From Enoplolaimus lenunculus (Eukaryota), in NCBI GenBank assembly GCA_030248215.1, contig JASANG010003752.1, positions 434,001 to 498,000 of the forward strand: DNA of 64,000 nt. Direction: 5' to 3'. Below are positions 39,060 to 52,982 of this stretch, piece by piece. A model generated the notes under the pieces. The model was not told where the DNA came from. It did not search any database and saw only the letters and a program-made list of their open reading frames with translations. The first letter of the stretch is position 1. Every line of letters starts with the position of its first letter. The translations under genes and the position numbers were made by a program.

Positions 39060-42000
39060 TTACAGCACCCCTAGAAGACGCTCCCTATCACACAGGTTCA
39101 GAGAAGCTTTCGAATACCCTAGCTGCGACACTGTCATACCAATACTAAATGAACTGACCATCTGTGCTAAATATTGAATAATTCCAGCCGTTTCAACGTT
39201 TAAATTTGGTTCAGGTATCCGAACTCCATTTCGCGTTGATTGGCAAGAGCACGACGAAGCAACAATTTTGATAGCGACAATTGCACAATTAACTGCATCA
39301 CCACGGCGCCGATTCTTAGCCTTTCGTTTGCTATTACACGAACGACATATTAAGTATTCAAAACCGACATTAAGACGATAGTTCCAATGCACACTCAGCG
39401 ATACGTTATCTAAAACTAATACGGTAAAGCAGCGCTGGGCCAGGGTTATGATTTTTACCGGAGCCGGAATTGGGACCCCGTGCCAGGCCACGGCCAGGGT
39501 TTAACAATGATTCACACAGTTGTGGCTGTTCAAGCTTGGTTCATTAATTGACGATATCGTAGTGTTTAAACCTTCGCATGTTGGAATGGCAGTAAACGTT
39601 TCCGCAAAAAACTTTTTCTGCGACAATGAAAAGCAGTTTGCGAGATAAAAAATCAAAAGGATAGTAACTGCATATAACACGTATTTTACAAACAATAGAA
39701 GCCACTTTCTCAACATGATCGTAGTTCTGACTCTGAAAAAAGAATCACGTTATATAAAAATTTCAAAACGGGCTCTTGTATTGACATCTAAAATCGCTCG
39801 TAAAAACTTCAGGATAAAATTCTCTAAGAGAAGGATCGCCTTTAAACCTCCTGGATACGCGCTTACTGCTTACTGAATGTTGCGTACCGCTTAGCTCCGT
39901 TGACAACGTATCACATCCTGAAACTTGGTCGAGACTTGAAATTAAAAAGCGGCGACTACTTTCTGGTTGTTGCGTTTGCAAATGGGATTCGTTGGCACAC
40001 AGTGAAAGCACCGAATCGTCCGAAAGAAACGGCAAATGAACATCGTATATTTTGCATTTTTCTAAAAATAACAACAATATCAAGTTTTGTATATGACGCT
40101 CCAATAATTATGATTGAGAAACAGAATTTAGCAGTTATTCCTACTGCAGTGTCACTTGACACAACGCAAAGCAGTGCAAAACTGAAAAATCATAATCGCA
40201 ACTAGCTTGTGTGTCTGAATCATTTTCTGCTGCGACTAAAAACTGCAAAACAACTACACAGACGAAATAATCGTGCCCGTCAATTCAGAAGGTGCAAATG
40301 CATCGACCATCAAATCATCATACAGTCATAAATTTTTCCCAAAGTTGGACCTAGGCCAAACGTATTTCACCAAACCCAACATAGTACGGTGGTTAAAGGT
40401 AAGCAGAGATGCGCGAACCAAACAGCAATAAAAAATAAACAATACTAAATCACCAAAACTTAAAACAAAAATATCCAAAATATTTTACAAAATATTTGTC
40501 AATGCAATTAAAAATCAATACAATAATAAAGTATTCGTTACTTACCCCTAGTCGTATCAGACAGCAGAATACTTTTACAAACTTGGCATGCTACAATCGG
40601 AAATACGTTACCGATATCACCTGGGCTCTGAAACAAAATTTTTAATAAATACGTTGTATGTAATAAAACAAAACAACTAAACCCGTTTGATCATGGAGAC
40701 AATTCGTGTTACAACAACTTGCAAGCGGACGCAATTGAAGATAGTCTTAAATTAATAACTTTGATTCATTTTATCACAAGACACCCGGAAAAACTTTAGA
40801 CAAAATTCAAACTCATTTTGAGGCTTATTTTCAATGAACTCCATTGACATAATGCTCTCCTGTCACGATAGCCATTGTAACGCATTTTTTATTTTTGTTC
40901 TTCCCGACATTTTTTGATTCGGTGTAGCAACCAGGGCCATGTAGTCATTCGCCACACCCTCTATTCGGGAGCCCCCTAAATGGGTCCGCACCTAACCAGT
41001 TAAAACCAAAACCGCCGAGGCTTCTCTTGCGAGTTTTTGAAACTATTCTATCCTTACCGGTTTTTGATAAACGTCAACAAAATTTCTCGCTCGCTAAGCT
41101 AGTTCACCAACATTTTTACTTAAGATAATATGACTATCCCGAAATGAAATGTTGAAGAACGATAATAAAACAGGTTTGGGGTGAGGTGTGTCGTGTGCTC
41201 TCTAAAACTGGTTGGACCATAATATTGTATCAGCTTTCATCTAAAATATGCACCGTTTAGCTAGTTTAGCAGAAAATGACAAAAAATCGCGCTCCACTCG
41301 ATGTAGTGTATTAAATTCTTCATTATTTAAAGATGGGTTCACGTCCGTGATTCACCATTTTGCAACTTCACATGAAATTATTTTTATTTTTAGGAGGGTC
41401 GTTACTTCTAACACGAGCTTACGCTGGGACAAACTCGGATCCAACACAGAGAAATCCTGGAGCTCCACTGGGTTTAGGCCCCCACCCAGGAATTAAAAAT
41501 CCTGAATCCGCTTCTTCATTTGGGACTTCACCCTGAAGTTTAACGGGAGCCCGACCACTGTCTATTCCGGGACTGGTTACAACAATATGTACAACATTCA
41601 AACTTAATTTGTCGATATAGTTTTGACCTCTCAAAATCGGCAGATTACACTGAAAATTAACACAAGCGTAAGTATGTATGTATTTTATTCGTTAGGGAGG
41701 TACTATATCTAGGCTTCCACCGGAAGGCCTGTTCCGACCGGAATTGTTCTTGTTGCTGCATTCAAAGACGCGGATGAAAATCATTTCACAATTCGATTTC
41801 TGTTCCTGTTCCGGTAAAACTTAGTTCTTGCTGGAGCCCTGCATACAATTATAACAAAACCACTGGCCCGTGTAAATTACTACAGATGCCTGGTCATCGC
41901 GAGACAGGAAGTCTGTGGCACTTAGAGACTGAAAAGATTAGGTTTACGTTTAGCTTAGTTAGTTTTAAACCGAGCGGATATGCCCTGGTAATTAAAATGG

Positions 42001-45000
42001 GCCAAAACCATTGGCCAAAATTCGGTTGCACGTACCTTTGTTTTGTATCTTTTTTCATTTGACATGCTTCCCCTGCGTTTGTCAACTGAACGAACAGGTA
42101 ATAATTTGCCCTCGTTTTTTGATGTTGCATATATTGACTCTCCTCGATATTTCTGTTCTTGGGGACTATCGAGCAATACTGGACTAGCTAGTGACACATG
42201 TTGATCGGCAATGAATGCACCATTGGCACTTGTGGATGCACCATAACAGTTGAGATCGGGCCCGACTTTTCTTGATTCACAGGCTGCACATTTGACATCT
42301 GCCCCGTGATTTATTTCGTAGTTTTCACAACATTTCACAGGTTTCCCGTTTTCTACTTCACACTTTTCAACCAGGGTAAACCCATTTCGACAACTTAAGG
42401 AGTCGTCCTTAATGCCACTAGTATCCACGTTTCTAACAGCAGGCCCAGAAATACAACCATTTTCAGAATCACAACACATATCATCAGTTAAAAACCCACC
42501 CTCCTCATTATTTACCGACTCATCAACGTTTGGGTTTTTTCCATCGTACACAACCAACAGTTCTGGTTCCATTGGCGGCGTCTCGCAGTGATCTTGATCA
42601 ACAGCACTATAATTTGGCCCCCATTCTGAAGCAGATTCTTGCACACTTGTTGAAATGGACGTATCTGACATAGCAACTGAAAGTGCAGATCGCAAGTTTT
42701 GAAAATGTTCATCCAATCTTATTGACGATGACGACATATTTCTGTTTGTTTCGCTAAGGCCACCATAATTTTTGATTGAAAACGGTCTTATACTTTGTGT
42801 TTTGCCACGAACTGATGCTGCAATACTCGGCGTTCCGCCCTTCGGAGTTGAAGCATTGACCTCAATCCCAGTTGAACCGGAAGGCCGACTAATTTTGGTG
42901 CGCAACTCGCTATTCAAACGTTCACCAGTAAGATCACCAAACCTGCTAGAATTTCCGTTGTTTTCTGTTACCATAGGAGACACAATGCTTTTATCTATAA
43001 GGCAATGATTAGAAGTAGTCGAAATTTTTGTGGATCCATCTTCAACATGGTCATCTAGACAGCCGTTGCTTTTGTCCGCATTGGTCACTAGCGAGACACT
43101 AAAAACACCAGACACAGTTTCAGAACCATTTAATTCAATATTTCGTTCCGCGCTATTCCCAATCGTATAACTGCCAGTTCTGCCTTCTTTCCCGTCGTCA
43201 TTAACCGCATCGTGAAATTTTGCTTGTTCTTCGCTTAAATTTACGTCAGAACTATTTTCGTTTGACATAATTTTTGAATTTGAATAACTAAAACCTTCTC
43301 CAATTGTATTAGGCGTCGCAGTGCCTAGATCCGAAATTTCAACTAATGTTCTTTTCCGTCTAGTTCGTCCCTTGGTGGCTGATATTCCATAAAACAGACT
43401 TGAAACTGGCTTTGAATTATCCGTGTCGGTAATACCCGCTGTTTCAAGACTCGCAGTTTTAGCTTTTGTTTTACAGCGCCGATTTGAATGCTTTGACTTG
43501 ACCAATTTTGTTTTCAATAAATTCCATTCGTTTTCAGCATTCCCGGGCTCGTGTTTTTGTAACCTATAAATTATGTTGTTTTTTGGATTGGAGGAGGCTG
43601 ACAAGCGAACAGCAAATTCAGATAATGATAACAACATATCGTTATAGTTAGTATGATGACTGAGATATCGCTGGACCCACTTCGAAAGCCCCTTAACATA
43701 TCGACTTGAAAAATTGTATGGTCCTTTAGTCGATTCACTAAAACGCGCATCAATGAGTAATATAGCAGCCCAGTCCTGTTTGTGTCGCAAACATCGCCCT
43801 AAAAGTATAAAATTATAAAACTCAGCTGTCAAAATAAATTTATTTAAAAATATTGTTGTATGTTTTGGTAAAATTTATGTAATGTACATTAAACTGTGTT
43901 TTATATAAATTCCTTATAATATTTTTCATTGCAAAATAACACTATAATCTCCTAATACTAAATTCGTAATATAGGACGCTTACATACGTCCTCTGCATAT
44001 TTCTGACACAGCATCTGAACGCAGTAGATATCATTAAGTTGTACAATTGTGCATATTTATAAAGCTAACACAATAGTCGGCATTTCCATAACAGAAACCG
44101 ACACCGATTTTTACCGGCAACGGATATTCGGGTGCATCCATGCATTTATACTTACCAAGAGCTTGGTTTAGTGCTCGGAACGCTTGAATTTCGTACCACT
44201 CAGAACCTGAGAGCAGTTTGCGACATACTCGGTTCTGATCGTTATAATTCCGTTTCAATTCAACCTAAAACAACGAAGAAATTGCCATAAATTAATAAAC
44301 CACGTTACATCAAATACTTAAAACGCACACGAATATGATAACATAATTACAACTCTCTTGCTTTAATAATGCAATTGAAGGTTCATAACTATAGCAATCA
44401 GGTAACTAAAAAGCAAAGGCCGTTATTTATTTTTTTTACAATATTATAATAACGCATACTGTTGGTTAACAACAACTTCCCTGAATAGCATATCAAGCTG
44501 CCAAACGTAGCTTAACACAGTTCTCCATCTTGTAAAAATTATGTCAATCACATCAAAAATGTGTTTAAGCACAATTATTAACAGGTAATTACAAAAATCC
44601 ACACAAATCAATTGAAACAAATAGTAAATAAGAATGTAAACCATGTAAACTAAGTCAATGTAACTTTCCTATATTAAAAATATTAAAATAAGCTATAAAC
44701 CTGAATATCGGATAGCGACGGATACGGTATACCAACAGTGACAAGAGCTCTAGCAGAATCATCAGCGAAATCGAGCCCTTCAGAAACCTTTCCACGGCAA
44801 ACTGCCAAAAACAAAGAGCCAGTAACGGATTGGCCAAAATCAGTGGGATTGTCAATACATTCGTAGAACTGTTTCATAGTTTCCTATAAAACGATCAATC
44901 AGTAACAAAAACTTAGCAAGATTACACCGCGTATATAACAATTTGAGTTTCTCTTTGTAGTCCAAAATCATGAGTTATTTATGAAGGTAAGGTAGGTCTG

Positions 45001-48000
45001 AGCCGCGAAAGTGGTTCATAGTGAAAAACCTGGCAAAATTACTAGCGAATATAAAATAAAAATGCAACGACAGTACAGGACTGTAATTAAATTAACTACA
45101 GATGTAAGAAAACATTTTTCAAAACAGCAAACTTTTAAAATAGTTGTGCTACATCTTGTGCTTGAACCATACCGTAAAAATAGCTGATGAAAAAATAATT
45201 TTGAGCTGCACAATCTACGATTACATTGTGCCGCATACATTGCTAGAGGTGTAAACCATAGCTTAATTGACACATTTTCATAAAGGGTTTCCGTTATTTG
45301 CCCTTTCTCTTTGTCTACGTCTCTGTACAACTTACACTGAGCTCATCAGCAGTTTTCGGTTCGAAAACAGTCTGTTTGAATTTTCCAATTGCAGAAGCTA
45401 CACCGGTCACATTCCATCGTTTTAGCATTGATTGCAACAGACTGTATGACGAGAAAAAACAAAGGACCCCACCGGGAACACGCTCACAGACGTCAAATAA
45501 AATCTTGCCAACTTCATCTTGAAACTCCGCCGTATAGATATACTGGTACGTAGCACGAAGCTCTCGATTGGACGGACCCTTAAATTATTTAAAATACTAT
45601 AAGTATATTGTCCTTTGACGGATTATGGAAGCTTAACCCAATTAGGCGGTGCTGAGGGAATTTCAACTTACCGGGAATTATTGTACCCGTTCATAGGTAA
45701 TGGTCTCAACAATTTTAATTAAACAGGCTTTGCAAAATATAAAATTCGGCCGAAATAGATAGCGAGAAAACGATACCGCTTAATGTGAGTGCAGACTACA
45801 GATGCCCTTCACAACTGAGTCGGCATTAATAATACGAATGAAAATTTTGAAGAACGCTTTCATTATTGAATCCTTTTTCATATCGAGATCAACAACACAT
45901 GATGCAACATGTATTTGAGCAGAGCTGTCCCGTTGCAAGGGCTGTCAAATGGTTCTGCGCAGTGCAGTTTCTGCTACTATATCTCCCAGCACGGTGGTTG
46001 AGCGAAGCTAACCTCCGATTGAAGCTCACAGTTTCGTGAAGCGTTTTATGATTTGTACTCGGAGGTCAAAAGGTGAACATGCGTACGTCTGTCCATCCGT
46101 CCGACGAAAATCTCGAAAACCACTGAACGGACCTTGACAATTTTTTTGTTCTAAAGTCTATAATCCAGGGGTGTTAACATCGCATTGGGGTTTTAAAATT
46201 TTCAGTACACGTAAAAAAGTTTACGCTCCTGTATACAGGTTCAACCTATTTAGTGTACCCGACTAATTGTTCCAAGCCAAACGCGATCAGTTGCGAGAAT
46301 GTGAGGGGCTTCAAGTTGTAGCGGAAACTCGTAGCCAAGCTCAGACTGGAATGTCAACATTGGCGATAATGTACCGCTGGCAACAACGACACAGCGCGTC
46401 ATCTTGCCAATGTCTTCAAAAGCCTAAAAAATACACTCAGCCATTATCACGGACATAGCGAGGACTTTGGAAAACGGGTTTACGCTCTATAAAACTTTAC
46501 AGGGATTGTCTTGTTTTGCAAACTGAAACGGTGATTAAAACATCTGCGCAAAAATCCCGAAGAAGGAGCTCCTTGGTCATATAACTGTTGCAGTACAGCG
46601 TGGCAACAAAAGTTCTGACTCGGTTCCAAATTCAGCAGAAATTCAAAGTTTGGATAGGATTTGGTTTTAAAAAGGCAGAAACCATCATTTTAACAAACAT
46701 CTATTTGTATTTTTAAAATTATGTTTGAACAGAATGAGCCATTTTTTGGTAACGTTTTGGCATTGCGGTTTTGGGCTTCGTCGTTGTATTTCAGAAAACA
46801 GTACAAACAAAGTAATGTAAAGTCGACCATGTGGATACTATAACAAAAATGCTAATCAACGCTGCATTATAAAGTTACACGCAAGCTTCTAATGCTCACT
46901 TTTACAAAGCCATAATAAATCAACTTAGCTCAATTTTGCAATTCGTATTTGAAAGCTTTCAAATGACACATCGGCTCTTGTAGACTCAAGATTTTGCCAG
47001 AGACTAATCCTAAACCTTAAACAGAAAAAGTATGCAAAAGCGAGACACATCAAAATAGCAATTTTACCACTGCGGGATTAAAGCACCAACAGTGCAAACA
47101 TGTTTCCCACTCATCATCTTCATTTGCCGTTATCCATTGAGAATTACGCGACAACCTCATTATTCGCAGTCGATCAGGATCTCGAATAAGCTCTTGCATC
47201 AAACAGATTCTAATTAATAAAACAATGAATTTATTCATTCATAATCTGCGGACGAACGAACGGGTGCAGGGTTTCCGTGGGGTGCTGGCGAATGGACGGC
47301 GCGAGACAAGCACTCACCACTACCACAGAAAGAATCTTTCACTACTAGTTATATATATCCAGTATATATAGACGCAAGCACAGTTAAAAAATAGTGTTAA
47401 CAATTATACTTAAAGATGAAGAAATGGAGAGAAATAAACTGGGGAGGGGTAAAAATGGAGCGGAGCTCGAGGGTGGATGGGCCCCCTTCTACGTTAACCA
47501 AAGCGGGTTACAGTAGCGCTTGAAAATCATCAAATTCCCAGACGTTGAACAGAGTATTAAATGCTTATCGAACATTGCTTTGATAGTATTCAGAACTACG
47601 AATTTTTTCCGAAATCGGTATTACTCACTACATATTTATATCGAAACTATACGTCACAAAGAGGTTTCGTTTCACTAAGCGGCATAAAATTGCAAAAATA
47701 CGCAACCCCGCCCATTCAATCTCTGTAACAGTTTTTACCATATCATGATATACTAAGTGTTATACGCCAGTTGCCGTACGGCGCTGACAAACCGAAAATT
47801 AACTTTTACACAAAAATGTGCGAATTACGATGTCATCCGTCCTTAGACCGAGTAGCACAAGGATAACCTTACTTTTAACCGAATAGCGTTGCAAAAAAAT
47901 CAAATCATACGTACGTACTTATAGTCACTTGCGTAGCGTTTGTTATTTTTGTATAAATACGACAGAAAGTACAAAATTCGTTCCACCAACACAAGCGAAG

Positions 48001-51000
48001 CGGCATGTGGTTTTATTTCCGATTGTTTTTCTACTTCCTCCTCAGACTTTGACGAACGATTATCTTGCTGGTCATCATTCGAGAGTGACTGCACACAGGT
48101 CTATAAATAGAAAAACGCAACATCAGTGCATGATTTTAAATAACATTTCAGCTGATACAATGCAATTTTAATTTTAACTAAAAATTTATACTGAAACAGA
48201 AGCCAAATTACGCCTAATTGTAACATTTTACTTAAATTAACCAAAAAATGGTACATACGACAGGACCAGACATTTCAGTACGCCGCTGCGGGTCCGGCTG
48301 AGCACGAGGACCATCACACACAAACACAGTGATAGAGGTACAATATTTAATTCAGTACTATACTTTGTGATTTCGTTGCCGTGCGCCATAGTCTTCGCGT
48401 ACGATACCGAATATTGGCGATCGGCAACGGACGGCGGTAAACAATTACAGATCCACTAAACGGAAGCAAAAGGCGCCTATTTAGACAATTTATGCACATT
48501 GAAAATTACTACATTTATGATTGAGGAGTTTTCCTTCTTGTAGGTCATAAACTAAACTATAAATATCGGACAGCCAAAGTAAGTGTTGCGCTATACTTAA
48601 TAATAAATTTTAAAGTCATCCATCGCCGTCCGTCACCGTTCGCAATCGTACAGCAAGCGCCCGTTAAGAAGTTCGAGTTTGATACTCACCCATAATTCAG
48701 TAACATCGGCCTCGTTATATCCAAACTTATTTTCACAAATGTCCAAGGTTTCCACTTCGGACCAAACATTGTATCTTTTAAACCCGCTTTTGTCGCGCTT
48801 GTGTGGGTGTAGAATTGACGGTGTTGTGTTTAGCTGCTCATTGATCCATGATATTACGGTACCGCATAAATTGCGCAAAGGGCCGTTAAGGTGAGTGTCA
48901 ATCCCATTGAGAACTAAAACAGTTTAATATGAGGCTAAAACTGACATCCGTATCCGGTTCCGGTGTCCGGTATAAACCTGCCGGATATTTTATGGTTGTG
49001 ATGCCGAATATCATAAAACTGCTTTTTACAAATGAGCGTCTTTAACATCTGCTGCGATTACATTTCTGGGGAAGTCAAGAAGTTCAAGTTTTTATACATT
49101 TCAGCTACTTTTAACTTATGAACTTGAACGAGACTTAAACACATTTCTGTATTAACAAATTTCAGTTTATCAGCAGCAATTATGAACTTTATAACAGACT
49201 AACACCTTGAGCACGCTAAAAATAAAACGAAACAATAAATTATTTTAACATATACAATATCCGGGTCCGATATTCGGAAAATTAATATCCGGTCGCATGT
49301 TGTTCATAAAGCGGTCATTCTAAAAATATGTAGTATTGCGGTTTTCAATTAACGTGAGAAATTCAAAATTACTTTTTAGTTAAATTCGATGCAACGATAT
49401 ACAAATACTCAAAGGCAGAATGATTAATATTACTACTTTTTGTAGAAAACAGTTGGAGGCTATAGACTGACGTCACAAACGTATAAAATACCAAAGTTTA
49501 ACCACGTTAACTAACCCAATTCCGAAAAATTGGCTTCAGCTTTTAACAACAATTCGAACGGCACGTTGAAACTAACTGCTTCCCGACATATATCTTCAAG
49601 ATTATGCGCTTCATCAAGAATAACCACCTGGCCTGTCAAATCCACACCGATGTTATGACGTATTACCGGATCTAAAAAATTCACCATCTACATAAAATAC
49701 TAACATTGTTGGAAGTAACTTCTCACATCTAAACTAAAATATTGTTCTGTTTTCGCCACAATTTGAACAAGCCACGATGCAACCAATGACAGAAAACCAA
49801 ACCAAATTTACTTCTTCAATGCATATTTTAATGCAACCTTGACATCTTGGCGCGATAAAATGATTTGGGCACCGCCTACCCAAAGCACTGACCAATTTTC
49901 AAATCGCACGACGCTAGGTATCGAAGCACAAACTTTGCTTTTGCTCAACAATTGCATTCCAAATCCAGCAAAACACATTTAATATCGCATAAAGTCATAC
50001 ATATATGATATATCCAAAAACTAAAATTTTGAGTTCACAAGGAAGAATCCAAACAGCGGTAAATACAAACTATATCTGTGTAAAAATAAAAAGCGACTAC
50101 CTATAATATAGTTGTACGGGCAAAGCACTATTTCAGCATCCTGTGTTAGAACACGAGTCGAAGCAAAATAGGAGCAAAACCCAGCTTTATGCGCAACTGC
50201 CGTTAAGTCTTCAACATCCCAAATTGTGTTGCCGCAAAATTTATTTAGCCGATCGCGTACAGGGGCCGGTTCATCAAATTTTGCTTTCAGTTTTGCCAAG
50301 TAACTGCAACTAGGCCCCTAAACAAAAAACCCAAATAAGACTTATAGTTTATTCGATCTGCTCAAGCACCACTCGTTATATTTGACAAAATCTTCAGTAA
50401 ATTATTAATGTTCACATTTTGCAAGTCAAACAAAAAAGTTTCATTATTAAACAGGGGATGTATAAACTGTAAAACAAATGGTGCATTGCCATTAAATTGC
50501 TAAATTTTTTTTGCATTAGTAAACATCGGCGTAGCCAGGATTTTAGTAATGGGTGTTATATTCTGTACAAGTTCACAGAGCGGGGGTTTCCTTCGTTAAA
50601 TTAAAAAAGTATAAAATCCTTTATATAAAAATCCCAAAGGAGACGTTTGACCTTAACCATCTAGCTTGGTTATGCCCTTGCAAATAGTGCGAGCGTTATA
50701 ATATAGCGCACATGACCTTTGATTGTGAGCGTCAATGCTATTAGATACGCTCACACTCAGCCCAAAGGTCATGTACGCTATATTCAAAACACCAAGCAGT
50801 ACTAACGACACGCAAAACAATCTAATCGCACCTTTCTATTCAAAAGCAACTCCTTGCACGCCTCAGTTTTATTGGGCTGCCGACGCACTTCTGCATTGAT
50901 ACAACTATGCTCGCGACTTGAAAGTATTGTCAATCTAAATAAACAATTTTTGCAATGACATTGAAAGCCTTGCACTTAAAACTTCCCAAAATACGTATGT

Positions 51001-52887
51001 TGCCCGCACCAGTTTTAACTATTTTAGTTTAAGCAGGCATTCATCTAATGTGCGCAAATCTACACATATGCTTAAAACCGGCAACCTATTATGTGATCCA
51101 CATTTCAATCAAATAAGCTTTTAATGCGGAAATAATCATTAGGTGAAAAAGTTTTTGAAACCGACAAACTTATATAAAATAAAAGCGAAATCTAGAAAGA
51201 ATTAGTCATTTTTATAAGCAAAATTTATGTAGTAGCAAAAAATAAAATGTATAAAATGCGTTTTAAAATAAACGTACTTGACATCCTTATAACCCGTTTT
51301 ACGTAATTCGCGAACAAGCTGAGCAATTTGCTTGTGTGTTCTAGTTCCAATAAATATTTTCGGCGGTTTATCGCTAAAACATGTTTTAAATACTTGAGGT
51401 CAAAATATATACCGGATAAGTCTACTCTCAAGTATCGCTGAATTACACTACGAACAATGTAGCAAAAATAAAGTTTAATTACTTAGCAGGTTTTGACATT
51501 TCAAGCACGCATTCTCAAGAAGGTTTAGTAAGGTTTATGTGAAACTAGATACTGGCGTACAATTCAATATTCGCTTACTACCACAGAAATGAAGCTTTTC
51601 TATGTGAAGTTGCGGAAAACCAGTCTTATTAAAATTAATAGATGACAAACCAAGTCATATAACGAATTATTGGGTAGCACAGAAAAACAGAGCAAAGTTT
51701 TTCTAGTCTTCTGAATTGATAAACAGCTTTTAAATATACTCACCTTTGTTTTGTATCACAGCTTGGTGAAGCATTATCACTATTGGAAGCTTCCGAAAGG
51801 CCCACTAAAATGATATTAAACACGCTAACCTGTCAGAGATTAGACAGGATGCTCTATATGGTATATACTGCCTACTGAATATACACTACTTACCGCTATC
51901 GGTTGAAAATTGTGAGAGAGCTCTTCAACTCAAAAGGTTTCATGACGTATTTATATAGTACGCGTTTCCTAGCACTACTACGAAACTTACGGGCAAATAA
52001 TTATTTGAAAGATTCCGTCATCTAAATTGAGGTCATCTACTTTTTCGGGGTTAAGCTGCACTTAAATATGAATGAATCCTGGTTACGGTATATATAGAGC
52101 TATTCAGCCGAAAAGTGTTCATGGCAGTATAGCATCACACCGTTAGTTCAGCCTGGGACCTCTTACCATTAACACAACTGTTTTCCCGAACAGGAAACGT
52201 AATTTGAAAATTTTCACAGCCGGTTTGTGTAATGTTTTACTTTTTAGAAAACTAGTTAATGCAGTTTTTAGAAAACTAGCAAAATCGCGTCTTAACCGAA
52301 ATTTTTGAGGTCTTATTATAACGTTTTATCATACTTACAAATAACGGAATTTATAATAAATTTTAAAATACTGAATATTTCCTATTTAAATAATTATATA
52401 TGGTTAATTTGCCACAAAGCAACAAAAATTTTGCTTGCAGGAAATCGACTTTTGCATCAACTCATCAGATCCCTGCCCAACCTTTTTGACGTTGCAGCCA
52501 AGCGATACTTGCACAAAGTAATGCCAAACTTTTTCCACTGCCAGTTGGACTCTCGATAAGACATCCTTTTCTTCGTTCCAAAGCAGTTATAATCTATAAC
52601 AAGAACAGCTCATTTTAATGGTCTGGTACAACCTTGTTCCTATGTATATATTTAATCCTATGTAATTTTGAACACCTACTGACGTTGTTGCCTTTCAATA
52701 AAACTTGTTTACACTCTGCTTGGCAATGTAGTTATCTCACAATCTAACGCAATTAAACAATGCTCACCCTATCCATCATACACATTTGACCGGGATATGG
52801 CTTGTAGGGATATTTAACACTGACACCTCTAATCATATACGATCCGCGATCTTCGTAAGATAAATTCATCGCTGCACCTGCCATCAT
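39060..52887 (-). CDS. BRIP1: FANCJ/BRIP1/DOG-1-like Fe-S DEAH DNA helicase, ~1,490 aa, ~18 exons
   Basis: Phase-consistent exons: 52768-52869 (or from 52887; [18 protein letters not shown]), 52482-52593 (motif [15 protein letters not shown]), 51744-51804, 51278-51373 (motif Ia [10 protein letters not shown]), 50832-50934 ([15 protein letters not shown]), 50101-50317 (CSY..WDVEDL..CSYF..CPYNY), 49516-49671 (motif II ILDEAHN), 48690-48913, 47919-48100, 47068-47209 (WCFNPAV), 46259-46423 (motif III SGTLSP), 45336-45578 (FFSSY), 44701-44883 (motif [13 protein letters not shown]), 44156-44264 ([15 protein letters not shown]), 42036-43798 ([19 protein letters not shown] plus disordered tail). Less certain exons follow: 40546-40627, 39888-40061 and 39060-39409. 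GTRTHKQ and [17 protein letters not shown] favour FANCJ over RTEL1, DDX11 or XPD. Confidence 0.92.
50700..50784 (-). other. 85-nt near-perfect intronic hairpin
   Basis: Outer stem AATATAGCGTACATGACCTTTG / CAAAGGTCATGTGCGCTATATT (one G:U pair on the minus strand) plus inner stem TGTGAGCGT/ACGCTCACA. Confidence 0.7.
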
Positions 52888-52982
52888 AAAACTGACTAGA
52901 TCCACGTGTCATATACGTAGCTAATGTTTGACCTAAATTATGTATTACTTAATAGAAATGTACATATATACGGTACAAAAAA

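Noticed and set aside
39501..39716. Independent small membrane protein ([12 protein letters not shown]...)
   Set aside because: The flanking exons are more simply explained as the FANCJ tail, which makes this interval intronic. It is not fully excluded without transcripts.
45980..46590. Helitron/Helentron-like element in a FANCJ intron (gtctgtccatccgtcc, aatctcgaaaaccactgaac)
   Set aside because: The motifs are suggestive, but I could not establish termini or a second copy in the window.
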